From an uncultured Actinomycetota bacterium (GTDB taxonomy: Bacteria > Actinomycetota > Actinomycetes > Prado026), in the NCBI GenBank assembly GCA_963849365.1, contig CAWKHA010000004.1, positions 585,214 through 649,213 on the forward strand: DNA of 64,000 bases. The letters are read 5' to 3'. Positions 1 to 9,501 of the stretch are shown piece by piece (position 1 is the first letter of the stretch; the number at the start of each line of letters is the position of its first letter). Made by a program: the position numbers and the translations under genes. The notes under the pieces are model-generated. The model was given only the letters and a program-made list of their open reading frames with translations. It was not told where the DNA came from and did not search any database.

Positions 1-853
1 CGCGCCCTGACCCGCTCGCACTCGTCCTCGCGGCCGACCAGCGCGGGCTCGCCGGAGCGCTGGCCCGAACCGCGCTCGGCCCTGGCCGCACGTGGCACCG
101 CGGCCGGAGCGGACTCGGTGAGCAGCTCGACGTGCAGCGCCCGTGTCTGCGGCGCCGGGTCCGTCCCCAGCTCGTCGGCCAGCCTGCGCCGCAGGTCTTC
201 GTAGCGCGCGAGCGCGCGGGACGGCTCGCCCGCCGAGCGGTGCGCCTGCATGAGCACGCGGACCGACGCCTCGTCGTAGGGGTCGTCCCGTACGGCGTCG
301 GTGGCGACCTCGACCGCCGTGCCGAGGTCGCCGGCCTGGAACGACGCTGCCGCCGCTGTGCGCCGGGCGCGCCGCAACGTCGCTGCCGCGTGCTCGCGCA
401 CGTCGTCGGACCAGGCGGCGGACGGCGCGTCGGCCAGCACGGCTCCGGCCAGGTGCCGGACCGCGGCGAGCGCCGCGGCCGCGGCCACCGCCGGCTCCGC
501 GTGCCCGAGCGCCGCCTCGGCCCTGGCGAGCAGCGCGCCGGCGGTGTCCAGGTCGACCCGGACCGCCGGTCCCAGCCGCCACCCGGACCGGTCGCCGACC
601 ACGAGGTCGGCGCCGAGCGCACCGCGGAGCCGGCTCACCAGCGTGGCGAGGTTGTCCGCCGGAGCTCCGGGCGGGTCGTCGCCCCACACGGCCTCGGCCA
701 GGCTGTCGACGCTCAGCGCCTCGCCACGGGCGGCCGCCAGCCGTTGCAGCAGCAGGCGGGCCTTGCGCGTGCCCACCTCCTGCGTGGGCAGCTCGACCGC
801 ATCGACGAGGACACGCAGCCGGCCCACCAGCAACACTTCGACCGTGGGCACCA
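1..853 (-). CDS. SARP/AfsR-family transcriptional regulator, N-terminal part (winged helix + BTAD, start of NB-ARC-like region); gene runs off the window start
   Basis: Minus-strand translation from GTG (rc of about 851-853): VPTVEVLLVGRLRVLVDAVELPTQ ... RALARYEDLRRRLADELGTDPAPQTRALHVELL ... LVGREDECERVRA. This is a BTAD signature. Not in ORF track because it has no in-window stop. Confidence 0.6.
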
Positions 854-937
854 GCCCTTGCTACGCCACGGCGCACCCCGCGGCAAGGCCCGTATCCGTA
901 GGCTCCGTCACAATGCACCGGTCAGCAGGAGGAACGC

Positions 938-1675
938 ATGACCCAGCCGGACATCCCCGCAGCCGCCGAGCAGGCGGCGCCGTGGACCCTGGGCTCCGTC
1001 CTGGGGGTGTGGGGTCACCCCGACGACGAGGGCTACCTGTCCGCGGCGCACATGATGCGCGCCCTGTCGGCCGGCCACCACGTCACCTGCGTGACCGCGA
1101 CCCGCGGCGAGCTGGGCTCCCCCGACCCGGAGCGCTGGCCGCCGGGCGAGCCGCTGGCCGAGGTCCGGACGGCGGAGCTGTACGCCGCGCTCGGCGTGCT
1201 CGGCGTCGAGGACCACGTGTGGCTCGACTACCCGGACGGCGGGTGCGCGGACGTCGACCCGGCAGAGGGGGCGGCCCGGGTGCTCGAACAGCTGCGCCGG
1301 ACCCGTCCGGACACGGTGCTGACGTTCGGGCCGGACGGCATGACCGGGCACTCCGACCACCAGTCGGTGTCGCGATGGGTGGACATCGCGGTCGACTCGT
1401 ACGACGGCCCGCGGCCGCGGGTCCTGCACGCGACGAACACCCCGCAGTGGCTGGCCCAGTGGCGGCCGCGCCTTGACGAGCTCAACGTCTACATGGGCTC
1501 CGAACCGCCGTGCCACCCGCACGACCAGCTGGTCTCGCACGTGCGCTTGACCGAGGCGGAGCAGGACCGCAAGGTTCAGGCGATGCTGTGCCAGACCAGC
1601 CAGATCGACCCGCTGGTCCAGGTCTTCGGCCGCGACTCGTTCCGCTCGGCGTTCTCCGAGGAGTCGTTCCACTAG
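938..1675 (+). CDS. PIG-L/LmbE-family N-acetylglucosaminyl deacetylase (MshB/Mca-like)
   Basis: 245-aa ORF with VWGHPDDE motif and HSDH downstream; ATG start. Confidence 0.75.
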   Translation: MTQPDIPAAAEQAAPWTLGSVLGVWGHPDDEGYLSAAHMMRALSAGHHVTCVTATRGELGSPDPERWPPGEPLAEVRTAELYAALGVLGVEDHVWLDYPDGGCADVDPAEGAARVLEQLRRTRPDTVLTFGPDGMTGHSDHQSVSRWVDIAVDSYDGPRPRVLHATNTPQWLAQWRPRLDELNVYMGSEPPCHPHDQLVSHVRLTEAEQDRKVQAMLCQTSQIDPLVQVFGRDSFRSAFSEESFH

Positions 1676-1724
1676 CAGCGCCGACCACACCAGGCACTGA
1701 CCACCCGCGAGGAGGAGCCGGACC

Positions 1725-2306
1725 GTGAGCGAGGAGAGCAACGCCGGGACGCTGGCCCGGTTCCAGTCCGCCAGCGACACCTTCGACGAGAAGGTGCACC
1801 TGGTGCCGGACGACCGCTGGTCCGCGCCGACGCCCTGCACCGACTGGGACGTGCACGCCCTGGTCAACCACGTCGTCGGCGAGCAGCTGTGGGTGGTCCC
1901 GCTGATGGCCGGCAAGACCGTGGCGGACGTGGGGTCCGAGCTCGACGGCGACCTGCTGGGCACCGACCCGTGCGCCGCCTGGCACCACGCCTGCGGACCG
2001 GCGCACGAGGCGTTCGCCGTGCCGGGCGCGCTGGACGGGACCGTGCACCTGTCGTACGGGGACGAGCACGCGGCGGCGTACTGCGACCAGCTGACCTTCG
2101 ACGCCCTGGTGCACGCCTGGGACCTCGCCCGCGGCGCAGGCTTGGACGACGAGCTGCCGGCCGACCTGGTCGAGTGGGGCCTGGGATGGGCGACGCCGAT
2201 CCTGGCGATGCTCACCGGCTCGGGCCTGTTCGGCCGGCCGTTGCCGGTCGACGCCGGCGTCGATCCGCAGACCCGGCTGCTGGCGCTGGTCGGCCGCGCC
2301 CGCTGA
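1725..2306 (+). CDS. TIGR03086-like actinobacterial protein (mycothiol-dependent maleylpyruvate isomerase N-terminal/DinB_2-like domain)
   Basis: 193 aa; GTG start 7 nt after GAGGAGGAG; conserved WSAPTPCTDWDVHALVNHVV segment. Confidence 0.55.
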   Translation: MSEESNAGTLARFQSASDTFDEKVHLVPDDRWSAPTPCTDWDVHALVNHVVGEQLWVVPLMAGKTVADVGSELDGDLLGTDPCAAWHHACGPAHEAFAVPGALDGTVHLSYGDEHAAAYCDQLTFDALVHAWDLARGAGLDDELPADLVEWGLGWATPILAMLTGSGLFGRPLPVDAGVDPQTRLLALVGRAR

Positions 2307-2333
2307 CCCGACCGTGGCGTCCCGGGTCGGGGG

Positions 2334-2570
2334 TTACTGCAGGTAGCCCTCGACCTCGCTGGCGGGGCGTACCCGGGCCTGCTCGGCCGGGGCGCCGGAG
2401 TCGCGCCTGGCCTGGCGCTGCCGCAGCAGGTCCCAGCACTGGTCGAGCTGCTCCTCGAGCTGGGCCAGCCGGTGCCGCGCCTCGTCGTCGACCTCGCCGG
2501 CCCGCAGCTCGTGCTCCTCGTCGACCAGACGGGACACCTTGGCGAGGATGTCGTGGTCGTCCATGCCCAC
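2334..2570 (-). CDS. small DUF2630-like protein
   Basis: 78-aa ORF MDDHDILAKVSRLVDEEHELRA... typical of actinobacterial DUF2630 proteins. Confidence 0.45.
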   Translation of the reverse strand: MGMDDHDILAKVSRLVDEEHELRAGEVDDEARHRLAQLEEQLDQCWDLLRQRQARRDSGAPAEQARVRPASEVEGYLQ

Positions 2571-2743
2571 CCCTTCTGCCGGATCCTGACGGTCCCCACC
2601 GTACGTGTCGCTACGCCGGCCTGGTGGGTAGCCGCCGTAGGCTCGATGCTCACACCCCGTGACGGCTCTAGCCTGTTCGGGTGATCCCCCGGCCCGACCG
2701 GAGCCGGGGGCCAGGCACGACGAGCACCCCGGGCAGGTTGCGG

Positions 2744-4642
2744 ATGGAGCACGCGGCGCCGACCACGAGCCGGACTCGCCGGGTGCCGTCGCGGGCCGCG
2801 GCGCCGCTGGTGCTCCTGGTCGCGCTGGCGTGGGTCGCGGTGACGTTCGTCGCCCTGCCCCAGCCGCACGCAGCCGCGGACGGCGTGGACACCGTCGACG
2901 AGATCAGCGCCAACTACGGCGACGACGCCGGCAGCAGCATGTGGCTGCACTGGCGCGGGGCCGAGACCGACGTCGCGTACGGCACCGACACGGGGTACGG
3001 GCAGCAGGCGACGGGCCAGCCGCCGCAGGTCGCCCCGGTCGACGTCACCGGCCCCTTCTACCGCGTGCTGCTCACCGGTCTGACGCCGGGCACGGTCTAC
3101 CACTACCGGATCGGTGCCGGCGGGGCCGACCACCAGTTCGAGACCGCCCCGACCAGTGACTTCAGCTGGGACGACATCGGCGACACCGGCAGCAGCTACT
3201 ACCTGCCCGGTTCGCCGGCCGGCTGCAACCGCCCGTTCATGCCGTCGTACTGGCAGCTGCTCGCCGCCGACAACGCCGACCTCTACACGCACGGCGGTGA
3301 CGTCTCCTACGCGAACCAGTGCGGGAACGCCGCCAGCCACCAGGTGTTCGACGACGTCCAGACCGTCACGACGCTTCGCCCGATGGAATGGACGCAGGGC
3401 AACCACGAGTACGGCGCACCCCAGCCGGGCGCACCCGCCGGCACCGTGCGCGACGTCCTCAACAACTACAAGGGGCGCTGGGTCATGGCCCACGGGCAGA
3501 GCGTTCCCAACGACACCGCTCTGCAGACCTCGCACCCGGGGTGCGCCGCGACCGGGGTCACCGGGAACGCCTGCCCGGGCAACGACTGGGGTTGGTTCGA
3601 CGTCGGCCACGTCCGGTTCATCAGCCGGCCCGAGCCGGAGCCGAAGGCGTACCCGGACTGGCAGGCCAAGGCGGACGCGATCATGGCCGACGCGCAGGCG
3701 GACCCGAACATCTACCTCGTCGTCACCTACGGACACCGCACCGCCTGCTCGAGCCTGCGGGTGAACGGGGCCTACGCCAGCGACCCCAACGTCGCCCCGG
3801 CCGTCGCCGCGCTCGGCGACAGGTACAGCCCGGTGGCGCGCCCGGACGGCAAGTACGTGCTGGACATCGGTCACCACGTGCACGCGGCGGAGATCTGCGG
3901 GCCGGTGCACGGCGTGTGGGAGCTCACCGACGGCGGCGGGGGCGCCGAGGAGGCATCGATCGTCGCGACGAACCCGCTGTCGGTGTGGAACTCGATCCAC
4001 CTCGCGTACCTGCACTCGACGATGGTGGGGAACACCCTGACGCTGAACTACGTCTGCGGACCGTTGTTCACGGTGAACCCGACGAAGGCCCCGCCGTGCA
4101 CCATGGGCTCGGTGATGCGCACGCTCACCATCACGGCACCGACCGGCGCGACGCCTCCGCCGCCGCCCCCACCGCCGACCGAGTACGTGCTGAACCAGAG
4201 CTTCGAGGCCGGTACCACCGGCTGGGCCGGCGTCTACAGCGTCGCCTCGCGGAACCGCCTCGTGGCGGGCGGCTTCGACGGCGCGTACAGCCTGCGCTCG
4301 GTCAACGGGACCGCGGCCACCGCCAACGTCGGCGTGATCGACAAGCCGCACTGGCTGACCGCCGCGACCGTGGCCGGCAGCACGTACACCTGCAGCGTCT
4401 GGGTCGCGCCCGACGTGGCCGGTACCAAGATCACCCTCGCGTTGAAGGAGCTCTCACCGTCCGGTGCTGTGGTGAAGACCACCGCGAAGGTGCTGACCAC
4501 GAACGCCACCGGGTGGGCGTCGCTGAGCCTGCCCGCCGTGGCGACCGCGACCGGCGACTCGTACGGGATCTACCTGAGCGCGGCCGGCGTCGCCCCTGGG
4601 CAGGGGTTCGGCGCCGACCTGTTCAGCCTCACCGCACCGTGA
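2744..4642 (+). CDS. secreted purple-acid-phosphatase-like metallophosphoesterase with N-terminal FN3-like domain and C-terminal CBM4_9-like carbohydrate-binding module
   Basis: Signal peptide after M at 2744 (alternative GTG at 2681). Motifs: GDTG, GDVSYANQ, GNHEY, GHHVH. Pro8 linker then jelly-roll-like C-terminal domain. Confidence 0.7.
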   Translation: MEHAAPTTSRTRRVPSRAAAPLVLLVALAWVAVTFVALPQPHAAADGVDTVDEISANYGDDAGSSMWLHWRGAETDVAYGTDTGYGQQATGQPPQVAPVDVTGPFYRVLLTGLTPGTVYHYRIGAGGADHQFETAPTSDFSWDDIGDTGSSYYLPGSPAGCNRPFMPSYWQLLAADNADLYTHGGDVSYANQCGNAASHQVFDDVQTVTTLRPMEWTQGNHEYGAPQPGAPAGTVRDVLNNYKGRWVMAHGQSVPNDTALQTSHPGCAATGVTGNACPGNDWGWFDVGHVRFISRPEPEPKAYPDWQAKADAIMADAQADPNIYLVVTYGHRTACSSLRVNGAYASDPNVAPAVAALGDRYSPVARPDGKYVLDIGHHVHAAEICGPVHGVWELTDGGGGAEEASIVATNPLSVWNSIHLAYLHSTMVGNTLTLNYVCGPLFTVNPTKAPPCTMGSVMRTLTITAPTGATPPPPPPPPTEYVLNQSFEAGTTGWAGVYSVASRNRLVAGGFDGAYSLRSVNGTAATANVGVIDKPHWLTAATVAGSTYTCSVWVAPDVAGTKITLALKELSPSGAVVKTTAKVLTTNATGWASLSLPAVATATGDSYGIYLSAAGVAPGQGFGADLFSLTAP

Positions 4643-5087
4643 GTCCGCGGGCGAGGTCGGTGTGCTCGGCGAGCAGCGCGGACACCGCCTGCGCTCGGTC
4701 CGGCGGGAACGGCACCACCCGGCCGCTGCGCGTGTCGACGTGCAGGTACAGGTACTCGGCAGTGAGCACCGCGCGCTCGTCCGCGTCGAGCAGCGTGGTG
4801 TGCAGGCGCAGCCGCTTCGCGTCCGCGGCGAGCAGCACCGTCTCCGCGTGCAGCTCACCGTCCGGACCCACCTCGGCGAGGAAGTGCAGGTGCGCCTCGA
4901 CGGTGTACGTGGCGCAGCCGGTCCGGTCCCGGTAGGCGGCACCGACTCCGAGCGCGTCGAGCACCAGCTCGTTGGCCTCGCCGCACGCCACGGCGTACGC
5001 GGAGTCGTTCAGGTGCCCGTTGTAGTCGATCCACTCGGGACGCGCCGGCGCGCGGTAGAGCCGCAGCGGGGTCCCCGGCCCGGTCAC
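4629..5087 (-). CDS. hotdog-fold acyl-CoA thioesterase (betainyl-CoA thioesterase-like)
   Basis: 152 aa from GTG: VTGPGTPLRLYRAPARPEWIDYNGHLND... Paralogous to the ORF at 5942. Start overlaps the IclR stop as GTGA. Confidence 0.6.
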   Translation of the reverse strand: MTGPGTPLRLYRAPARPEWIDYNGHLNDSAYAVACGEANELVLDALGVGAAYRDRTGCATYTVEAHLHFLAEVGPDGELHAETVLLAADAKRLRLHTTLLDADERAVLTAEYLYLHVDTRSGRVVPFPPDRAQAVSALLAEHTDLARGLTVR

Positions 5088-5857
5088 GACGTCACCGCCG
5101 CCGCGACGTCGGCCGCGGCCTGGACCGTCAGGGCACCGAGCTCGGCAAAGCGTTCCGGCGGAACCCGGTCGTGCGGTCCCCAGACGCTCAGGACCGCCAC
5201 CGGGCGCCCGGCGCCGTCCAGCACCGGCGCGGACACGCCGTTCAGCGTCGGCTCGAGCTCGCCGACGCAGAAGCCGTAGCCGCGCTCGCGGGTCTGCGCG
5301 AGATCGAGCCGCAGCGCCTTCAGCGACGTCAGCGTCGACGGTGTGTAACGCGTGAGCCGCTGCTCCAGCAGCGCCGACACCTCCGCGTCGGGAAGCCAGG
5401 CGAGCAGCGCCTTGCCGGACGACGTCGCGTGCAGCGGCACCTGGCGTCCCAGCCAGTTGGCCGCCAGGACCGACGGGGGCGCGACCTCGTCGACGTAGGT
5501 CAGTCCGAGCGGCCGGGCGACCGCCAGGTCGGCCGTCTCGCCGGTGCGCTCGCTGAGCCGGACCAGCACCGGGTGCGCCCGCCGGACCAGCCCGTCGACG
5601 CCGGCCGAGGCGGCCAGGCGGGAGACCGCGAAGCCGACCGAGTACCGCTGCGTGGCCGGGTCGCGGTCGACCAGACCGTGCGCCTCCAGCGTGCCCAGCA
5701 GCCGCCAGGCGGTGGCCCGGTTCAGACCGCAGCGCAGCGCGAGGCCGGCGACCGGGGCGCCCCCCGGCGAGGCGTCCGCGACCGCGTCCAGCAAGGCGAT
5801 GGCACGCTCCAGCGACTGGACGCGCCCACCTGTCGCAGCTGCCGGCACCTCGTCCAC
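5084..5857 (-). CDS. IclR-family transcriptional regulator
   Basis: C-terminal part of track ORF 5084..7693(-): N-terminal HTH (SLERAIALLDAVA...) plus IclR effector domain; GTG start in frame. Confidence 0.75.
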   Translation of the reverse strand: MDEVPAAATGGRVQSLERAIALLDAVADASPGGAPVAGLALRCGLNRATAWRLLGTLEAHGLVDRDPATQRYSVGFAVSRLAASAGVDGLVRRAHPVLVRLSERTGETADLAVARPLGLTYVDEVAPPSVLAANWLGRQVPLHATSSGKALLAWLPDAEVSALLEQRLTRYTPSTLTSLKALRLDLAQTRERGYGFCVGELEPTLNGVSAPVLDGAGRPVAVLSVWGPHDRVPPERFAELGALTVQAAADVAAAVTS

Positions 5858-5902
5858 CTCGTCTCGTCGCCCTTGACCGGGCGTGCCGCGCGTCTCTATC
5901 GT

Positions 5903-5933
5903 CGTCGCACGATACAAGCATCCGTCGCACGAT
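5903..5933. promoter_or_regulatory. direct repeat CGTCGCACGAT x2 in the divergent IclR/thioesterase intergenic region; candidate operator
   Basis: tcGTCGCACGATacaagcatcCGTCGCACGATg seen in sequence between the divergent starts. Confidence 0.3.
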
Positions 5934-5941
5934 GTGAACAG

Positions 5942-6517
5942 GTGGGCTCCACGACCGTGACCGAGGTCTTCGACTTCCCCAGCACCCGCCCGGGCGGCTG
6001 GGACGATCCGGCCGCGGCGCCGATCCCCGCCCCGCTGCGGCTGTACGAGGCCGCGGTCGGGCCGGACTGGGTCGACTACAACGACCACATGAGCGAGTGG
6101 TGCTTCCTGCTGGTGATGGGCAACAGCTCCGACGCCTTCTTCCGGTACCTGGGGATCGACGACGACTACCGGGACTCCGGGCGATCGCTGTACACCGTGG
6201 AGACGCACATCCGGAACCTCGACGAGGTCGGTGAGGGCGGACAGCTGATGCTCACGCTGCGCGTCCTGGGCGTCGATACCAAGCGGGTCCACATCGCGCA
6301 CGAGGTGCTCGTCCGGGCCGACGAGGCCGGCGTCCCGCCCACCCTGGTCGCCACCGGCGAGCAGCTGCTGCTGCACGTCGACGCCGCACTCGGCAGAGTC
6401 ACCCCCATACCGCCGGTCCTGCTGGACCGGCTCGAGCGGCTGGCGCACGCGCACGCCGTGCTGCCCGTCCCGTCGTGGGTGGGGCGGGCCGTCGGCCTGC
6501 GCCGTGGGGACGGCTGA
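5942..6517 (+). CDS. hotdog-fold acyl-CoA thioesterase, paralog of 4629..5087
   Basis: C-terminal part of track ORF 5171..6517: [12 protein letters not shown]...[23 protein letters not shown]...; GTG start (alternative at 5957). Confidence 0.6.
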   Translation: MGSTTVTEVFDFPSTRPGGWDDPAAAPIPAPLRLYEAAVGPDWVDYNDHMSEWCFLLVMGNSSDAFFRYLGIDDDYRDSGRSLYTVETHIRNLDEVGEGGQLMLTLRVLGVDTKRVHIAHEVLVRADEAGVPPTLVATGEQLLLHVDAALGRVTPIPPVLLDRLERLAHAHAVLPVPSWVGRAVGLRRGDG

Positions 6518-6520
6518 GCC

Positions 6521-7687
6521 GTGGACTTCGAGCTGACCGCGGAGCAGCGGCTCATCGTCGAGACGGTGCGCGCCTTCGTCGAGACCGAGCTCTACCCGCA
6601 CGAGGACGAGGTCGAGCGGCTCGACGACGTCCCGCCCGACCTCGTCGCCTCCGTCCGGGCCAAGGCGCTGGCCGCCGGGCTGTACGCCGCGAACATGCCG
6701 GCCGAGATCGGCGGCGGCGGGCTGGACGCGATCGGCCTGACCCTCGCCGAACGCGAGCTGGGACGCGCTTCGTACGCCCTGCAGATGCTGGTGTCCCGGC
6801 CGAGCAACATCCTGCAGGCGTGCACCGGCGACCAGGTCGAGCAGTACCTGCTGCCGACCGTGCGCGGCGAGCGGCACGACTGCCTGGCGATGACCGAGCC
6901 CGGGTCCGGCTCGGACGTGCGCAGCATGACGACGCGGGCGGTGCGGGACAGCGCGGCGGGCGGCTGGGTGATCGACGGCACGAAGCACTTCATCAGCCAC
7001 GCGGACATGGCCGACTACGTGATCCTCTTCGCCGCCACCGGCACCGAGGAGACCGCCCGCGGGACCCGGCGCTCGATCAGCGCCTTCCTGGTCGACATGG
7101 GCACGGCCGGCTTCGAGGTGCACCGCGGGTCCAGCTGCGTCTCGCACCATGGGTACCACCAGTGCGAGCTGGTCTTCCACGGCTGCCGCGTGCCGGCGGG
7201 CGCCCTGCTCGGCGAGGAGGGCCGCGGGCTCGAGCTGATGGACCGATGGCTCGGCGCCAGCCGGCTGACGGTCGCGGCGACCAGTGTCGGCCGGGCCCGG
7301 CGGGTGCTCGAGTCCGCGCTGGACTGGGCGGCCACCCGCGAGCAGTTCGGGCAGCCGGTCGGCCGGTTCCAGGGTGTCGGCTTCCAGCTCGCGGACATGG
7401 CGGTGGCGGTCGAGGCCGCCGAGCTGCTGACGCTGCAGGCCGCGTGGAAGCTGGACCAGGGCCGCATGACCACCCAGGACGCGGCCATGGCCAAGCTCTT
7501 CGCTTCCGAGGCGCTCGGCCGCGTCACCGACACCGCGGTCCAGGTCTACGGCGGCATGGGGCTGATGACCGAGGCCCACGTGGAGCGCTGGTGGCGCGAC
7601 GCGCGGGTCGAGCGCGTGTGGGACGGCACCAGCGAGATCCAGCGCCTGATCATCTCCCGAGCCCTGCTGCGCCCCCGAGAGGCCTGA
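6521..7687 (+). CDS. acyl-CoA dehydrogenase (CaiA-like)
   Basis: 388 aa, FAD-dependent ACAD fold motifs (MTEPGSGSD, ...GGMGLMTE...), GTG start 3 nt after upstream stop. Confidence 0.85.
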   Translation: MDFELTAEQRLIVETVRAFVETELYPHEDEVERLDDVPPDLVASVRAKALAAGLYAANMPAEIGGGGLDAIGLTLAERELGRASYALQMLVSRPSNILQACTGDQVEQYLLPTVRGERHDCLAMTEPGSGSDVRSMTTRAVRDSAAGGWVIDGTKHFISHADMADYVILFAATGTEETARGTRRSISAFLVDMGTAGFEVHRGSSCVSHHGYHQCELVFHGCRVPAGALLGEEGRGLELMDRWLGASRLTVAATSVGRARRVLESALDWAATREQFGQPVGRFQGVGFQLADMAVAVEAAELLTLQAAWKLDQGRMTTQDAAMAKLFASEALGRVTDTAVQVYGGMGLMTEAHVERWWRDARVERVWDGTSEIQRLIISRALLRPREA

Positions 7688-7692
7688 GCCCA

Positions 7693-8508
7693 ATGAGCGA
7701 CGCGACGAACGAACCGGCAGCCGGCAGCGGGCCGGCGGTCCGGACCGAGGTCGACGACGCGATCCTCGTCATCACCCTGGACCGGCCGAAGGCCAACGCG
7801 GTCGACGCGCCGACCAGCCGGGCCCTGTACCGGGCGTTCGCCCAGCTCCGCGACGACCCGGCGCTGCGCGTCGGCATCCTCACCGGCGGTGGCGAACGGT
7901 TCTTCAGCGCGGGCTGGGACCTCAAGGCCGCCGCGGCCGGCGAGCGACCCGATGCCGACTGGGGCCCGGGCGGCTTCGCCGGCCTCACCGAGATGTTCGA
8001 CCTGGGCAAGCCGGTGATCGCGGCAGTCAACGGCATGGCCATGGGCGGCGGGTTCGAGCTGGCCCTGGCCGCGGACCTGATGCTCGTCGCCGACCACGCC
8101 GAGATGGCGTTGACCGAAGCCCGGCTGGGGCTGGTCGCCGATGCCGGCGGCATCCTGCGCGTACCCGGCCGGCTGCCCCGCGCCGTCGCCGTCGAGCTGC
8201 TGCTGACCGGTCGTCGGATGGACGCCGCCGAAGCCGCCCGCTGGGGACTGGCCAACGCCGTCGTACCGCTGGCCGGCCTGCTGCCCGCCGCGAAGGCGCT
8301 CGCGGCCCGGATCTGCGAGGCCGCGCCGTTGTCCGTGGCCGCCGTGCTGGAGGTGCTGCGCGAGACCGAGGGCATGAGCGTCCCGGACGGCTTCGCGGCG
8401 CTGCGGTCCGGGCTGCCGGCGTACTCGCGGGTCGCGACCTCGCTGGACGCGCAGGAGGGCGCGCGCGCGTTCGTGGAGAGGCGACCGCCGCGCTGGCAGG
8501 GCCGCTGA
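7693..8508 (+). CDS. enoyl-CoA hydratase/carnitinyl-CoA dehydratase-like crotonase
   Basis: ATG in frame within track ORF 6475..8508; crotonase motifs ([20 protein letters not shown]). Confidence 0.8.
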   Translation: MSDATNEPAAGSGPAVRTEVDDAILVITLDRPKANAVDAPTSRALYRAFAQLRDDPALRVGILTGGGERFFSAGWDLKAAAAGERPDADWGPGGFAGLTEMFDLGKPVIAAVNGMAMGGGFELALAADLMLVADHAEMALTEARLGLVADAGGILRVPGRLPRAVAVELLLTGRRMDAAEAARWGLANAVVPLAGLLPAAKALAARICEAAPLSVAAVLEVLRETEGMSVPDGFAALRSGLPAYSRVATSLDAQEGARAFVERRPPRWQGR

Positions 8509-8595
8509 CCCGTGCCGCACTCACGACCTGTCAGACCCAGCCGGGCCTCTGGCCCTGGCTGGGTCTGACAAGAGCCATCGACCGGAGGAGCAGCA

Positions 8596-9501
8596 GTGCG
8601 CACCATGAGCACGTCTGCGTTCATCACCTGTGCCGTCACCGGCTCGGGCGACTCGACCGGCAGCAGCGACCGGGTGCCCGTCACCCCCGAGCAGATCGCC
8701 GGCGCCGCGATGGAGGCCGCCGCGGCCGGCGCCGCCGTCGTCCACATCCACGTGCGGGACCCGCACACCGGCAAGGGCGCGCGCGACGTCGCGTACTACC
8801 GCGAGGTGGTCGAGCGGCTGCGCGCGTCCGGCACCGATGTCGTCATCAACCTCACCACCGGGATGGGCGGCGACCTCGTCCTCGGCGGCGCCGAGCAGCC
8901 GCTGCCGCACCTGACCGCGGGTACCGACATGGCCGGCGCGACCGAGCGGCTCGCGCACGTGGCCGAGCTGCGGCCCGAGATCTGCTCGCTGGACTGCGGG
9001 ACGATGAACTTCGCCGCGGGCGGCGACTACATCATGGTGAACACGCCGGCGATGGTCCGGGCGATGGCGCAGGGCATCAAGGACCTCGGGGTCAAGCCCG
9101 AGGTCGAGGTCTTCGACACCGGCGATCTCGTCCTGCTGAACCAGCTCGTGGACGAAGGGCTGGTCGACGGGCCGGCGCTGGTGCAGCTGTGCATGGGCAT
9201 CCCGTACGGAGCCCCGAACGATCCGTTGACGCTCGCGGCCATGGTGAACCGGCTGCCGGCGGGCGCGGTGTTCTCGGCCTTCTCGATCGGACGCTTCCAG
9301 CTCCCGTACGCCGCGATGGCCGTGCTCTTCGGCGGCAACGTCCGGGTCGGGCTCGAGGACAACCTGTACCTGTCCCGCGGCGTGCTCGCGACCAACGGTC
9401 AGCTGGTCGAGCGTGCGGTCACGTTGCTGGAGGCGATGAACGTGCGGGTGCTCAGCGCCCCGGAGGTCCGCGACAACCTGGGCCTGGTCAGGCATGGCTG
9501 A
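8596..9501 (+). CDS. BKACE family beta-keto acid cleavage enzyme (DUF849; 3-dehydrocarnitine/3-keto-5-aminohexanoate cleavage type)
   Basis: 301 aa; GGAGG 7 nt upstream of GTG; BKACE-like TIM-barrel signature (HIHVRDP, EDNLY). Confidence 0.8.
   Translation: MRTMSTSAFITCAVTGSGDSTGSSDRVPVTPEQIAGAAMEAAAAGAAVVHIHVRDPHTGKGARDVAYYREVVERLRASGTDVVINLTTGMGGDLVLGGAEQPLPHLTAGTDMAGATERLAHVAELRPEICSLDCGTMNFAAGGDYIMVNTPAMVRAMAQGIKDLGVKPEVEVFDTGDLVLLNQLVDEGLVDGPALVQLCMGIPYGAPNDPLTLAAMVNRLPAGAVFSAFSIGRFQLPYAAMAVLFGGNVRVGLEDNLYLSRGVLATNGQLVERAVTLLEAMNVRVLSAPEVRDNLGLVRHG

Noticed and set aside
4141-4170. Pro8 run (PPPPPPPP) in the phosphatase
   Set aside because: An interdomain linker within a continuous ORF, not a repeat element.
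908-4351. 1147-aa minus-strand ORF, and similar giant ORFs (5084..7693 upstream part, 20397..23597 upstream part, 13165..15168 middle, 23695..25671 upstream part)
   Set aside because: Low-complexity Arg/Ala/Gly/Pro-rich translations antisense to, or out of frame with, well-supported genes. Typical high-GC open-frame artefacts. Only their C-terminal portions, where they coincide with real genes, were used.
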